Assembly (NCBI GenBank): GCA_963934745.1
Contig: CAWVZZ010000001.1
Location: forward strand, 1-49,275
DNA from: an uncultured Flavobacteriales bacterium
GTDB taxonomy: Bacteria; Bacteroidota; Bacteroidia; Flavobacteriales_D; Sanyastnellaceae
DNA: 49,275 nucleotides
Reading direction: 5' to 3'
Under the pieces are notes generated by a model. The model was not told where the DNA came from. It saw only the letters and a list, made by a program, of their open reading frames with translations, and searched no databases. Below are positions 41,163 to 49,275 of the stretch, piece by piece; positions within the stretch are counted from its first letter, which is position 1, and the number at the start of each line of letters is the position of its first letter. The position numbers and the translations under genes are program-made.

Positions 41163-41183
41163 CGAAGTTAAGAACTAACTTCG
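41163..41183. promoter_or_regulatory. Perfect 8-bp inverted repeat (CGAAGTTA-agaac-TAACTTCG) forming two divergent -7-like boxes
   Basis: Each arm reads TAACTTCG (TAnnTTTG with one T-to-C change) toward its own gene. The right arm is followed by TTGC and the mazG ATG at 41188. The left arm (reverse complement) is followed by CCTC and the small gene's ATG (41158-41156). The spacer is only 29 bp in total. Confidence 0.4.
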
Positions 41184-41187
41184 TTGC

Positions 41188-41976
41188 ATGCATACAAGAG
41201 AGGAAAAACTAGAAGCGTTTGGGAGGCTGTTGGATATTATGGATGAATTAAGGGAGAAGTGCCCTTGGGATAGAAAACAAACCTTCGAGTCATTAAGACA
41301 CCTCACCATTGAGGAGACATATGAGTTAGCAGATGCTATTATTGATGGTGATGTACAAGAGGTGAAAAAGGAAACAGGTGATTTGATGTTGCATATGGTT
41401 TTCTATGCAAAGCTGGGGTCAGAGCTATCGCCTGAAGAGGGCGGATGGGATATTGCAGATTCGTTGAATTCTATATGCGAGAAGCTCATCACAAGACACC
41501 CACATATTTACGGCGATGTGGAAGCGAATGATGAAGAGACGGTGAAGGCGAATTGGGAGAAGATAAAACTGAAAGAGGGTAATAAATCTGTTCTTGAGGG
41601 GGTGCCTAAATCGTTACCAAGCCTTATCAAAGCATATAGAGTACAGGATAAGGTTAGGGGAGTGGGTTTTGATTGGGATAATGTAGGGCAGGTTTTGGAC
41701 AAGGTTAATGAGGAGCTTGAGGAGTTGTCTGTGGAGGTGGAGGCGGGGTCGGATAGGATTTTAGATGAGTTTGGGGATGTATTTTTCGCACTGATAAATT
41801 ATGCTCGCTTTTTAGATGTTAATCCTGATGAAGCTCTCGAGAGAACTAATAAGAGATTTATTGAACGGTTCAAACACCTTGAGGAGTCGATAAAAAATGA
41901 CGGAAAGGATATAGGGGAGATGCCACTTTTAGAGATGGAGGAGTATTGGGGTAGAGCGAAAAGAGCGAAAGGATAG
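41188..41976 (+). CDS. mazG: Nucleoside triphosphate pyrophosphohydrolase MazG
   Basis: 262 aa. Motifs LREKCPWDRKQTFESLRHLTIEETYELADAI and a second EELGDxxF-type repeat (DEFGDVFFALINYARF) indicate the tandem MazG domain architecture. Confidence 0.92.
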   Translation: MHTREEKLEAFGRLLDIMDELREKCPWDRKQTFESLRHLTIEETYELADAIIDGDVQEVKKETGDLMLHMVFYAKLGSELSPEEGGWDIADSLNSICEKLITRHPHIYGDVEANDEETVKANWEKIKLKEGNKSVLEGVPKSLPSLIKAYRVQDKVRGVGFDWDNVGQVLDKVNEELEELSVEVEAGSDRILDEFGDVFFALINYARFLDVNPDEALERTNKRFIERFKHLEESIKNDGKDIGEMPLLEMEEYWGRAKRAKG

Positions 41977-42033
41977 TCTTTGACTGTCTTATGTGGAGTA
42001 AATTGTGCACCCTGATTTATTATTGATACTCTC

Positions 42034-44415
42034 ATGAATTTGATTTCTATTCTTCGTTTTTCTACTTGTGTTGTAGCGGCCTTCGTTTTTACATCGACTT
42101 CCATAGCTCAGCAAGACCAAATTAGCAGTACTAACAACAATGTATTCCGACAGCTAGGAACGGACTTACCTACTCCGAATACTGTCAGAACAGCCTCAGG
42201 TGCTCCTGGGCACGACTACTGGCAACAGAAAGTCGACTACGATATGCAGTTAAAGCTGGATGATAACACTCAGCGTATTGATGGTTCAGAGACGATTACA
42301 TACACTAATAACAGTCCCGACGAGTTGAGATATCTTTGGATTCAGTTGGACCAAAACATGAGGTCTCTAGATAGTGATTCACACAAGATAGGTGAGGATT
42401 TATGGGGGGGACGTGAGACATTTAGTACGGTAAAGAGGTTGAACCCGACATTTGAAGGAGGGTTTAATATTGTGAGTGTTGAGGATTATTATGGAGTGGG
42501 TTTGGACTACACGATTAATAAAACAATGATGCGTGTGGAGCTGCCAAAGGTTCTTAAGCCGGGTGAGAAATTTGTGTTCAGTATTGACTGGTGGTATAAT
42601 ATTAATGATAGGATGCAAATTGGTGGGCGTTCGGGGTTCGAGCATTTTGCCGAAAACGATAACTACCTATATACGATTGCTCAATTCTATCCAAGGCTAG
42701 TAGTTTATAGCGATAACGAAGGGTGGCATAACAAACAGTTCTTAGGAAACGGCGAGTTCACGCTTTGTTTTGGAGATTATACGGTGGCGATTACGGTACC
42801 GTCTGATCATATTGTGGCTTCTACAGGTGAGTTGATGAATCCGAAAACGGTTTTGAGTGTTGAGCAACGTAAAAGGTTTGCTCTTGCGAAGAAGACTACT
42901 GATCAGCCTGTGTTGATTGTTACAGAGGAAGAGGCTAGAGAAGCTGAGAAAGGGAAGGAGAAGGGGTTGAAGACTTGGGTGTTTAGTGCAAAGAATGTTA
43001 GGGATTTTGGATGGGCTTCGAGCAGGAAGTTTATTTGGGATGCTATGACTGTGCCCGTAGGCAAGTATCGTCCTCTAGCCATGAGTTTCTATCCTAAGGA
43101 GGGTAATCCGCTTTGGGAACAATTCAGCACTAAGGCCGTAGCCCAAACCCTAAAGACTTACTCTAAATACACGATCGATTATTCGTATCCGGTAGCTATT
43201 TCTGTTCACACAAAGTGGATAGGTATGGAGTATCCTATGATTTGCTTCAATGGAGGGAGGCCAGCTGCTGATGGGACGTATTCGGCGAGGACTAAGCATG
43301 GAATGATTTCGGTTATCATTCACGAAGTGGGGCATAACTTCTTTCCAATGATCATCAATTCGGATGAGCGTCAGTGGACTTGGATGGATGAGGGGTTGAA
43401 CACATTCGTTCAGTTCCTTGCTGAACAAGAGTTCGATAGGGATTACCCATCTCGTAGAGGATCGGCTAGAGATATCACTTACTACATGGGAGGGGATAAA
43501 TTGAGGATTTCTCCTATCATGACTAATTCAGAGTCCATTTATCAATTTGGACCAAATGCTTACGGAAAACCTGCAACGGCATTGAATATCCTTAGAGAGA
43601 CCGTGATGGGAAGGGATTTGTTTGACTATGCATTTAAGGAGTACAGTAGGCGTTGGGCTTTTAAGCATCCAACTCCTGCAGATTTCTTTAGAACGATGGA
43701 AGATGCATCTGGTGTTGACTTGGATTGGTTCTGGAGAGGCTGGTTCTATACGAACGACCATGTGGACATTTCACTAGATGAGGTGAGGTGGATGCAGATT
43801 GATACTCAAAATCCGGATGTGGAATCGGCATTCAGGAAATCTCAAGATGAGCTAGAACCCTCTGACATCTCACACGAGAGAGATCTAGTAGATGTGCCAG
43901 TAACATATTTAGATGTGGACCCTACTTTAAATGACTACTATACAACTACGGGTAAGCACGAGGTGCTTGAGATTGATAGGTTAGAGTACATGGAAAATAT
44001 TGAGAATTTAAGTGAAGAGGAGCGTGCTGTTCTAGAGAGTGGAATGAATTTCTACGAGATTACATTCAGGAATGTAGGTGGGCTTGTGATGCCACTCATA
44101 ATAGGGTTCGAGTTTGAAGACGGGGAGATGGAGGTTAGGAGGATACCTGCTGAGGTTTGGCTCATGAGTGAGCCGACTGTAACAAAAGTATTTGCAACAG
44201 ACAGACCGGTGAGCAGAATAATTCTAGATCCTTTTCTAGAAACGGCAGACTGCGACCTTTCGAACAATAACTGGCCGCCTAGACCTCAGCCGACAAGGTT
44301 TGAGATTTACAAGCAAAACGGCAGTGGATATAATAGCTATGGAGCGCAGGGAGATAACCCTATGCAACGAGCTATTAAAAACGAAGAGCTTTTGAAAGAG
44401 AAGTCTACTGACTAA
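42034..44415 (+). CDS. M1 family metallopeptidase (secreted)
   Basis: 793 aa with a signal peptide. Zinc site HEVGH-x18-E (HEVGHNFFPMIINSDERQWTWMDEG), the gluzincin M1 signature. Confidence 0.88.
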   Translation: MNLISILRFSTCVVAAFVFTSTSIAQQDQISSTNNNVFRQLGTDLPTPNTVRTASGAPGHDYWQQKVDYDMQLKLDDNTQRIDGSETITYTNNSPDELRYLWIQLDQNMRSLDSDSHKIGEDLWGGRETFSTVKRLNPTFEGGFNIVSVEDYYGVGLDYTINKTMMRVELPKVLKPGEKFVFSIDWWYNINDRMQIGGRSGFEHFAENDNYLYTIAQFYPRLVVYSDNEGWHNKQFLGNGEFTLCFGDYTVAITVPSDHIVASTGELMNPKTVLSVEQRKRFALAKKTTDQPVLIVTEEEAREAEKGKEKGLKTWVFSAKNVRDFGWASSRKFIWDAMTVPVGKYRPLAMSFYPKEGNPLWEQFSTKAVAQTLKTYSKYTIDYSYPVAISVHTKWIGMEYPMICFNGGRPAADGTYSARTKHGMISVIIHEVGHNFFPMIINSDERQWTWMDEGLNTFVQFLAEQEFDRDYPSRRGSARDITYYMGGDKLRISPIMTNSESIYQFGPNAYGKPATALNILRETVMGRDLFDYAFKEYSRRWAFKHPTPADFFRTMEDASGVDLDWFWRGWFYTNDHVDISLDEVRWMQIDTQNPDVESAFRKSQDELEPSDISHERDLVDVPVTYLDVDPTLNDYYTTTGKHEVLEIDRLEYMENIENLSEEERAVLESGMNFYEITFRNVGGLVMPLIIGFEFEDGEMEVRRIPAEVWLMSEPTVTKVFATDRPVSRIILDPFLETADCDLSNNNWPPRPQPTRFEIYKQNGSGYNSYGAQGDNPMQRAIKNEELLKEKSTD

Positions 44416-44427
44416 ATCTTATTAGTT

Positions 44428-45285
44428 TTAAATTAATAGTATCGCGATACTTGAGCAGCCAAGTGCTAGGCCTATCCAGGTTCTGGTACTTGGCTTTTCT
44501 TTGAATAGAAGAATTGCCCCTAGCGTGCTGAAAATAACGACCCCGATATTTACAGCTGGTATCAGAGAGGATTTATCTAGACCAGAAGTCTCGTAAGCTG
44601 TAAGTAAGAAGAACAGTGACCCGAAATTTACTACTCCTAACAATACTCCCCCTGCAACATCTTTGGTAGAGAGTGAGTGTCTGTATTTTGGATTTATCCT
44701 CAACAACATTCCCCAAATAAAGGCAACGGTGAAAGGAACTGAGGTGAAGGCCATCATGTGACTATCAGACTCAAGGTCGCTACTGAAATAGCCAAAGTCC
44801 ATATCAATTAACCCACTTCCAATAAAGATTATTACAGGTAGTGCAAAGGCCCATTTAGATGTTGACTTTTTATAAGCCCCACCAGTGGTTAAGAAAATAG
44901 CTAATATTGCCATAGAAAAAGCAACACCCTTCTGCCATGTCAAATGATCGCCAGGGAAGATGGCTATAAAACCTACTACTGGAATGATCATACTCAGCTT
45001 AGTGGCAATTGACGCTACAGCTACACCCATTTCTTTGGTGCATTTGGCAATAAGATTAAACAGGGCTAAAAACCCAATCCCCATAATTGCATTGATAAAA
45101 AACCAGGGCTGTTCGTAGGCATAAACCATAGCGTCTAAGCCGCCTGCTAAACTCCATCCTAATGTTCCAGCCACAGCATAGTTAACCACTATAGCAATGG
45201 GTGTGTTTATGTCAAGGGTTTTGTATAGACGAAACACTAAAAAGATGCCTCCAGTACAAAGTATGCATAGAATGAAAGCTGTCAT
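44428..45285 (-). CDS. DMT-superfamily (EamA-like) membrane transporter
   Basis: 285 aa with about 10 hydrophobic helices and an internal two-fold arrangement. The family call rests on size and topology only. It abuts the ribD stop with no gap. Confidence 0.45.
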   Translation of the reverse strand: MTAFILCILCTGGIFLVFRLYKTLDINTPIAIVVNYAVAGTLGWSLAGGLDAMVYAYEQPWFFINAIMGIGFLALFNLIAKCTKEMGVAVASIATKLSMIIPVVGFIAIFPGDHLTWQKGVAFSMAILAIFLTTGGAYKKSTSKWAFALPVIIFIGSGLIDMDFGYFSSDLESDSHMMAFTSVPFTVAFIWGMLLRINPKYRHSLSTKDVAGGVLLGVVNFGSLFFLLTAYETSGLDKSSLIPAVNIGVVIFSTLGAILLFKEKPSTRTWIGLALGCSSIAILLI

Positions 45286-46362
45286 TTAGTTCTGGTTCGT
45301 GTAGATCTTAAGGGAGTCAATATCTAAATCTAGTTCTTCAATTATACGCCCGTCTATTTTTGGTGCGTTAAGACCATTTGTTAAGTTAGAGCTTGAAGAA
45401 AAAACATAAGCTTCGTTCCACAGCCCGCTTTCAATAAATTTTACTAATGTATATGCTCCGCCTTCAATAAGTACACTGTGAATGCCGTGGTGGCGAATCA
45501 ATTTTAATGTGCTCTCAAGATTATGGAGTGGGGCTTTTATATATCTAATGAAATCAGTTTTGCTTACGACGCCATCGGCTCTGTTGTGTAAAAGCCAAGT
45601 TTCTCCTTTAAGGCTAGAAATCTTATAACATGACATATCCAAACTCAAGTCCGGATCAATAACTATTCTAATAGGACTCACGCCATCAACTATTCTTACA
45701 TTTAAAGAGGGGTCGTCCACAGCAATAGTTTTCCTTCCCACCAATATCCCTCTGTGGACAGCTCTTAAAGTGTGAACATAAACCCTTGCCTCATCTGAGG
45801 TGATAGGGAAGGAGCCTCTTCCTATAGATGCGTCAATTTCGGGGTCTATAAATCCATCTTTACTTTCTGCCCATTTTAACGTGATATAGGGTAGCTCTGA
45901 ATTGTGAAGGTGAATAAACTTTTTGTTTAATTCCCTAGCTTCCTTCGCCAACACGCCAGTTAGGGTGTCTATACCTGCTTGTTGCAGTTTTTTATGCCCT
46001 TTTCCTGAGACCAAACTATTCGGGTCCACCATCGCACTCACAACTCTTCCCACACCCCTCTCTATTAATAGTTCAGAACAAGGGGGTGTTTTTCCGTGAT
46101 GGCTGCAGGGTTCAAGCGTTACATATGCCGTAGCCTTTGAAAGCTGTTCACGTGTGTGATGAGGAATTTTTGCCAGAGCAATCACTTCGGCATGTGCATC
46201 ACCATATTTCTTATGCCAACCCTCCGATATCATCTCACCCTTTAATACGATTATACAACCCACCATTGGGTTAGGTGCTGTGGCGTTAAGCCCCAACTCA
46301 GCTAGCTCCAAGGCTCGCTTCATCCACCTTTCGTCTTCGTCACGTTCGTTACGCCCTGTCAT
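45286..46362 (-). CDS. ribD: Bifunctional riboflavin biosynthesis protein RibD (pyrimidine deaminase/uracil reductase)
   Basis: Deaminase zinc motifs HAEVIAL and PCSHHGKTPPC, plus a C-terminal reductase domain. The start is either 46362 (14-nt overlap with folD) or the internal Met at 46323 (MKRALELA...). Confidence 0.93.
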   Translation of the reverse strand: MTGRNERDEDERWMKRALELAELGLNATAPNPMVGCIIVLKGEMISEGWHKKYGDAHAEVIALAKIPHHTREQLSKATAYVTLEPCSHHGKTPPCSELLIERGVGRVVSAMVDPNSLVSGKGHKKLQQAGIDTLTGVLAKEARELNKKFIHLHNSELPYITLKWAESKDGFIDPEIDASIGRGSFPITSDEARVYVHTLRAVHRGILVGRKTIAVDDPSLNVRIVDGVSPIRIVIDPDLSLDMSCYKISSLKGETWLLHNRADGVVSKTDFIRYIKAPLHNLESTLKLIRHHGIHSVLIEGGAYTLVKFIESGLWNEAYVFSSSSNLTNGLNAPKIDGRIIEELDLDIDSLKIYTNQN

Positions 46363-47227
46363 TTGAAGCTTGGAGAGTGTTCGTTAATAGCATTGCTATG
46401 GTCATGGGTCCCACACCTCCCGGCACTGGAGTTATCCAGCTGCATTTAGGTGCGACATTGTCGAAATCGACATCACCAACTAACCTGCTTCCAGATTTGC
46501 GGGTATCATCAGAGATTCGATTAATACCGACGTCTATAACTATAGCGCCTTCCTTAACCATGTCAGCTGTAATGAAATTCGGCTTGCCGATCGCGGTTAT
46601 TAACAGGTCAGCCCTTAATGTGTGTGACTTTAGATCCACCGTGCGACTGTGGCACTGGGTTACTGTGCAATTTCCCGGTTCCGCGTTCCTGCGTAGAAGA
46701 GCCGACATTGGATTACCCACAATATCACTTCTACCCACAACTACGGCATGCATACCCTGTGTCTTTATCCCGTAACGCTCAAGTAAGACTAACATTCCGG
46801 AAGGAGTGGCCGGTAAAAAAGTCGGAAGACCTAATGACATCCGACCCACATTCTCTGGATGAAACCCATCTACATCTTTCGATGGATTGATAGCTTCTAA
46901 TACACGCTGAGAATTAATATGGTCGGGTAGGGGTAGCTGCACGATAAATCCATCAACACTATCATCTTCATTTAATTCCTTTACTATATCTAGAAGTTCA
47001 TCTTCACTTAAGGTAGAATCTCGTTGAATTAATGTGCTCTTAAACCCAACCTTAGCACAAGCCTTCACCTTATGTCCCACATATGCTTTGCTCGCAGCAT
47101 CGTCACCTATAAGTACAGCAGCTAAATGTGGTTGCTTTCCCCCATTATTAATCTGAGTTTCAACCGCCACTGCAATTTCTTGCTGTAGCTCTAGTGAGGT
47201 TTTTTTTCCGTCCAAAATTTGATGCAT
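46349..47227 (-). CDS. folD: Bifunctional methylenetetrahydrofolate dehydrogenase/methenyltetrahydrofolate cyclohydrolase
   Basis: 292 aa. Motifs YVGHKVKACAKVGF, VQLPLP, VVGRSDIVGNPMSALL and PVPGGVGPMTIAMLL. Confidence 0.95.
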   Translation of the reverse strand: MHQILDGKKTSLELQQEIAVAVETQINNGGKQPHLAAVLIGDDAASKAYVGHKVKACAKVGFKSTLIQRDSTLSEDELLDIVKELNEDDSVDGFIVQLPLPDHINSQRVLEAINPSKDVDGFHPENVGRMSLGLPTFLPATPSGMLVLLERYGIKTQGMHAVVVGRSDIVGNPMSALLRRNAEPGNCTVTQCHSRTVDLKSHTLRADLLITAIGKPNFITADMVKEGAIVIDVGINRISDDTRKSGSRLVGDVDFDNVAPKCSWITPVPGGVGPMTIAMLLTNTLQASNDRA

Positions 47228-47229
47228 GA

Positions 47230-48561
47230 TTAACGTCCTATTCCGATTCCAGGCAGTGACATTCTTCCCTTACCACCTTTATTCATCATCTGCATCACTT
47301 TCTTCATTTCTTCAAACTGTTTAAGAAGTTTATTTACCTCTTCGATTTGAGTTCCAGATCCTCTCGCAATTCTTTTCTTCCTGCTAGAATCAAGCATCCT
47401 AGGGTTTTCTCTTTCTTTAGGTGTCATAGACCTAATAATAGCCTCTACTTGATCAAATGCATTATCGTCAATATCCACACCTTTAAGAGATTTGCCCATT
47501 CCAGGGACCATAGAAAGTAGATCCTTAACATTTCCCATTTTACGAATCTGAGCTATTTGGCCTAGAAAATCTTCTAGATCAAACTTATTCTTCTTAATCT
47601 TCTCCTCTAATCGCTTAGCATCCTTCTCATCTATAACCTGCTGCGCTCTTTCTACAAGCGTCACAACGTCACCCATTCCTAGAATACGCTCGGCCATTCT
47701 GTTAGGGTGGAAGGTTTCAAGAGCCTCCATCTTCTCACCTATACCTACAAATTTTATAGGTTTTCCGACTTTACTGAAAATCGATAACGCTGCTCCACCT
47801 CTAGCATCTCCGTCGAGTTTCGTTAGAATCACTCCGGTAAAATCGAGCTTATCGTTAAATGATTTTGCAGTGATAGCGGCGTCTTGGCCTGTCATAGCAT
47901 CAACTACAAATAGCGTTTCTTCTGGCTTAATGGCTTTACTAATGGCTTCTATCTCGGCCATCATCTTCTCGTCCACAGCCAGTCTACCAGCTGTATCCAC
48001 AATGACCGCACTAAACCCCTCCTTCTTAGCATGGGCAATACCTCTCTTTGCTATTCCCACCGCATCCTGTACGTCGGCCTCAGAATACACCTCCACACCG
48101 ACCGACTCCCCTACAACTTTTAACTGCTCGATAGCGGCGGGCCTGTAAACATCACACGCTACTAATAAGGTCTTTCGTCCCATCTTATTAGTGATGTGTC
48201 TAGCTAGCTTTCCAGCATGAGTTGTTTTACCAGCTCCCTGAAGTCCCGCTAATAGAATGACGGCAGGTTTCGATTTAAGTTCGAATGGTGCGGCTGCCTT
48301 ACCCATCAACTCAGTTAATTCCTCCTGAGTGATCTTAATTAAAAGTTGTCCAGGTTTTAAGGCCGTCAAGACCTTTTGGCCAATGGCTTTTTCTTTAACC
48401 CTAGTAATGAAGTCTTTCGCAGTTTTGAAATCTACATCGGCATCTAATAAAGCCTTGCGAACTTCCTTAAGTGTTTCTCCTACGTTTACTTCTGTAATCT
48501 GGCCGTGGCCCTTAAGGACTTTAAACGCTCTTTCAAACCTTTCTTGGAGATTGTCAAACAT
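47230..48561 (-). CDS. ffh: Signal recognition particle protein Ffh
   Basis: 443 aa. NG domain with GLQGAGKTT, DTAGR and TKLDGDARGGAALS, and a Met-rich M domain (MKKVMQMMNKGG). Confidence 0.96.
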   Translation of the reverse strand: MFDNLQERFERAFKVLKGHGQITEVNVGETLKEVRKALLDADVDFKTAKDFITRVKEKAIGQKVLTALKPGQLLIKITQEELTELMGKAAAPFELKSKPAVILLAGLQGAGKTTHAGKLARHITNKMGRKTLLVACDVYRPAAIEQLKVVGESVGVEVYSEADVQDAVGIAKRGIAHAKKEGFSAVIVDTAGRLAVDEKMMAEIEAISKAIKPEETLFVVDAMTGQDAAITAKSFNDKLDFTGVILTKLDGDARGGAALSIFSKVGKPIKFVGIGEKMEALETFHPNRMAERILGMGDVVTLVERAQQVIDEKDAKRLEEKIKKNKFDLEDFLGQIAQIRKMGNVKDLLSMVPGMGKSLKGVDIDDNAFDQVEAIIRSMTPKERENPRMLDSSRKKRIARGSGTQIEEVNKLLKQFEEMKKVMQMMNKGGKGRMSLPGIGIGR

Positions 48562-48591
48562 CGAAATTTATTAGAAATTTATCGTAAAAGG

Positions 48592-48599
48592 CGAAGTTA
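48592..48599 (-). promoter_or_regulatory. Candidate -7-like box (TAACTTCG) upstream of ffh
   Basis: The minus strand reads TAACTTCGCCT, 30 nt upstream of the ffh ATG. It is identical over 11 nt to the box serving the Cys-rich gene at 41160-41170. Two TAAATTTC near-boxes lie closer to the ATG. Confidence 0.25.
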
Positions 48600-48732
48600 C
48601 ATCCTCCAATATGAGATTGGAACAAAAAAGGTGAGTTGTCGAAATTTCTCGACAAATGACATCTTTTTGTAGATAATCACCGCTTTTCTTTCGATTAGTC
48701 TTATCTTTAGCGTGTAAAATTTTCTAAAAATC

Positions 48733-49275
48733 ATGCGTAAGAACATTTGCCTTTCCTTATTGGCATTCCTATCCTGTACGATGCTGTCTAGCGTCTCAGC
48801 TCAGTATTCACTGACAATAGAGAGCTCCCCAGCTGCCTTCGTACCCGGTCATAATGTGTACAAATTCTATGTGAATTTGGCTGATCCCACTGATAAATTC
48901 AGTGCGGTTTTCGGTAACGACCAAGACAATCTAATTATTAATACTCCTGACGGAACCTTCAATAGCCCATTTAACGCGGGCTGGAGTGCTGCTGGAATAA
49001 ATCCTGCCTTTTTAGGGATGTTCCCAGACATGGCTGAAGACACCTATGCGACGATAGGTCTCTCTGGACCTGCTATGGGCTCTCAGGCTGATCCTTCTCT
49101 TGTAGAGGATGCAGCTTTGTCAACAACTGTAAGCGGTTACTTCGTCAACGGTGGTACTGGACTTAATGTAAACACCTTAACAGGTGCTTCATGGTATGTC
49201 CTGAACACTGCTGCTAACGCACTTCCTGATGCTAACCTTAGAGTACTTGTGATGCAAATCACAACTACAGGTTCT
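48733..49275 (+). CDS. Secreted hypothetical protein, N-terminal part (runs off the window)
   Basis: ATG at 48733 opens a frame with no stop to the window end (181 codons): MRKNICLSLLAFLSCTMLSSVSAQYSLTIESSPAAF... It has a clear signal peptide. I recognise no family; it may be T9SS cargo, but the C-terminus is not visible. Confidence 0.6.
   Translation, partial: MRKNICLSLLAFLSCTMLSSVSAQYSLTIESSPAAFVPGHNVYKFYVNLADPTDKFSAVFGNDQDNLIINTPDGTFNSPFNAGWSAAGINPAFLGMFPDMAEDTYATIGLSGPAMGSQADPSLVEDAALSTTVSGYFVNGGTGLNVNTLTGASWYVLNTAANALPDANLRVLVMQITTTGS

Noticed and set aside
46323-46362. Possible FMN riboswitch upstream of ribD
   Set aside because: ribD overlaps or abuts folD with no leader region, so there is no room for a riboswitch aptamer. 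ribD appears to be transcribed within the ffh-folD-ribD-transporter string.
46377-46775. 132-aa plus-strand ORF (and 46618-46890) inside folD
   Set aside because: They are antisense to folD, which has strong motif support. The same reasoning applies to the other short antisense ORFs in the track within htpG, parE, parC, ligA, prfC, the nqr genes, ffh and the TonB-dependent receptor.
48562-48732. Possible SRP RNA or other small RNA gene next to ffh
   Set aside because: I could not find the conserved SRP RNA domain IV sequence, a tRNA-like T-loop or any extended helix beyond one 7-bp hairpin. The region reads better as divergent promoter DNA.

Overview
This 49.3-kb window looks like compact core chromosome from a Bacteroidota bacterium, probably a marine member of the Flavobacteriia. 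The evidence is type A and type B T9SS sorting domains, a DUF5103 T9SS plug-type protein, the long Bacteroidota form of NusB, a DUF1573 protein, a full Na+-NQR operon and TAnnTTTG-type -7 boxes. About 42 coding genes fill nearly all of the sequence. Intergenic gaps are mostly under 50 bp; the three largest are 161-171 bp.

Genes I recognise:
- Repair, replication and topology: uvrA, ligA, parE, parC.
- Translation, secretion and transcription: prfC, ffh, yajC, nusB, prmC.
- Respiration: nqrABCDEF plus apbE.
- Metabolism: ribD, folD, mazG, pepD, surE, lpxB.
- Other: htpG, nhaC and a LOG-family gene.
- Envelope and secreted proteins: a TonB-dependent receptor, a CarboxypepD_reg protein, an L-type lectin with a type B T9SS domain, an M1 peptidase, and DUF4249 and DUF4139 proteins.

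I found no tRNA, rRNA, CRISPR array, transposase, integrase, phage gene or obvious defence island, so I read this as an ordinary region rather than an accessory island.

The most interesting locus is 40.8-41.2 kb. A 64-aa protein with one TM helix and four Cys converges on nqr-apbE and may be an NqrM-like maturation factor. It is followed by a duplicated terminator-like hairpin element. It is separated from mazG by a 29-bp spacer that is almost entirely a perfect inverted repeat, and each arm is a -7-like box exactly 4 nt from one of the two divergent ATGs.

The same box-N4-ATG geometry recurs at several other genes, which suggests leaderless transcripts. All functional calls rest on motif recognition by eye; no searches were run.
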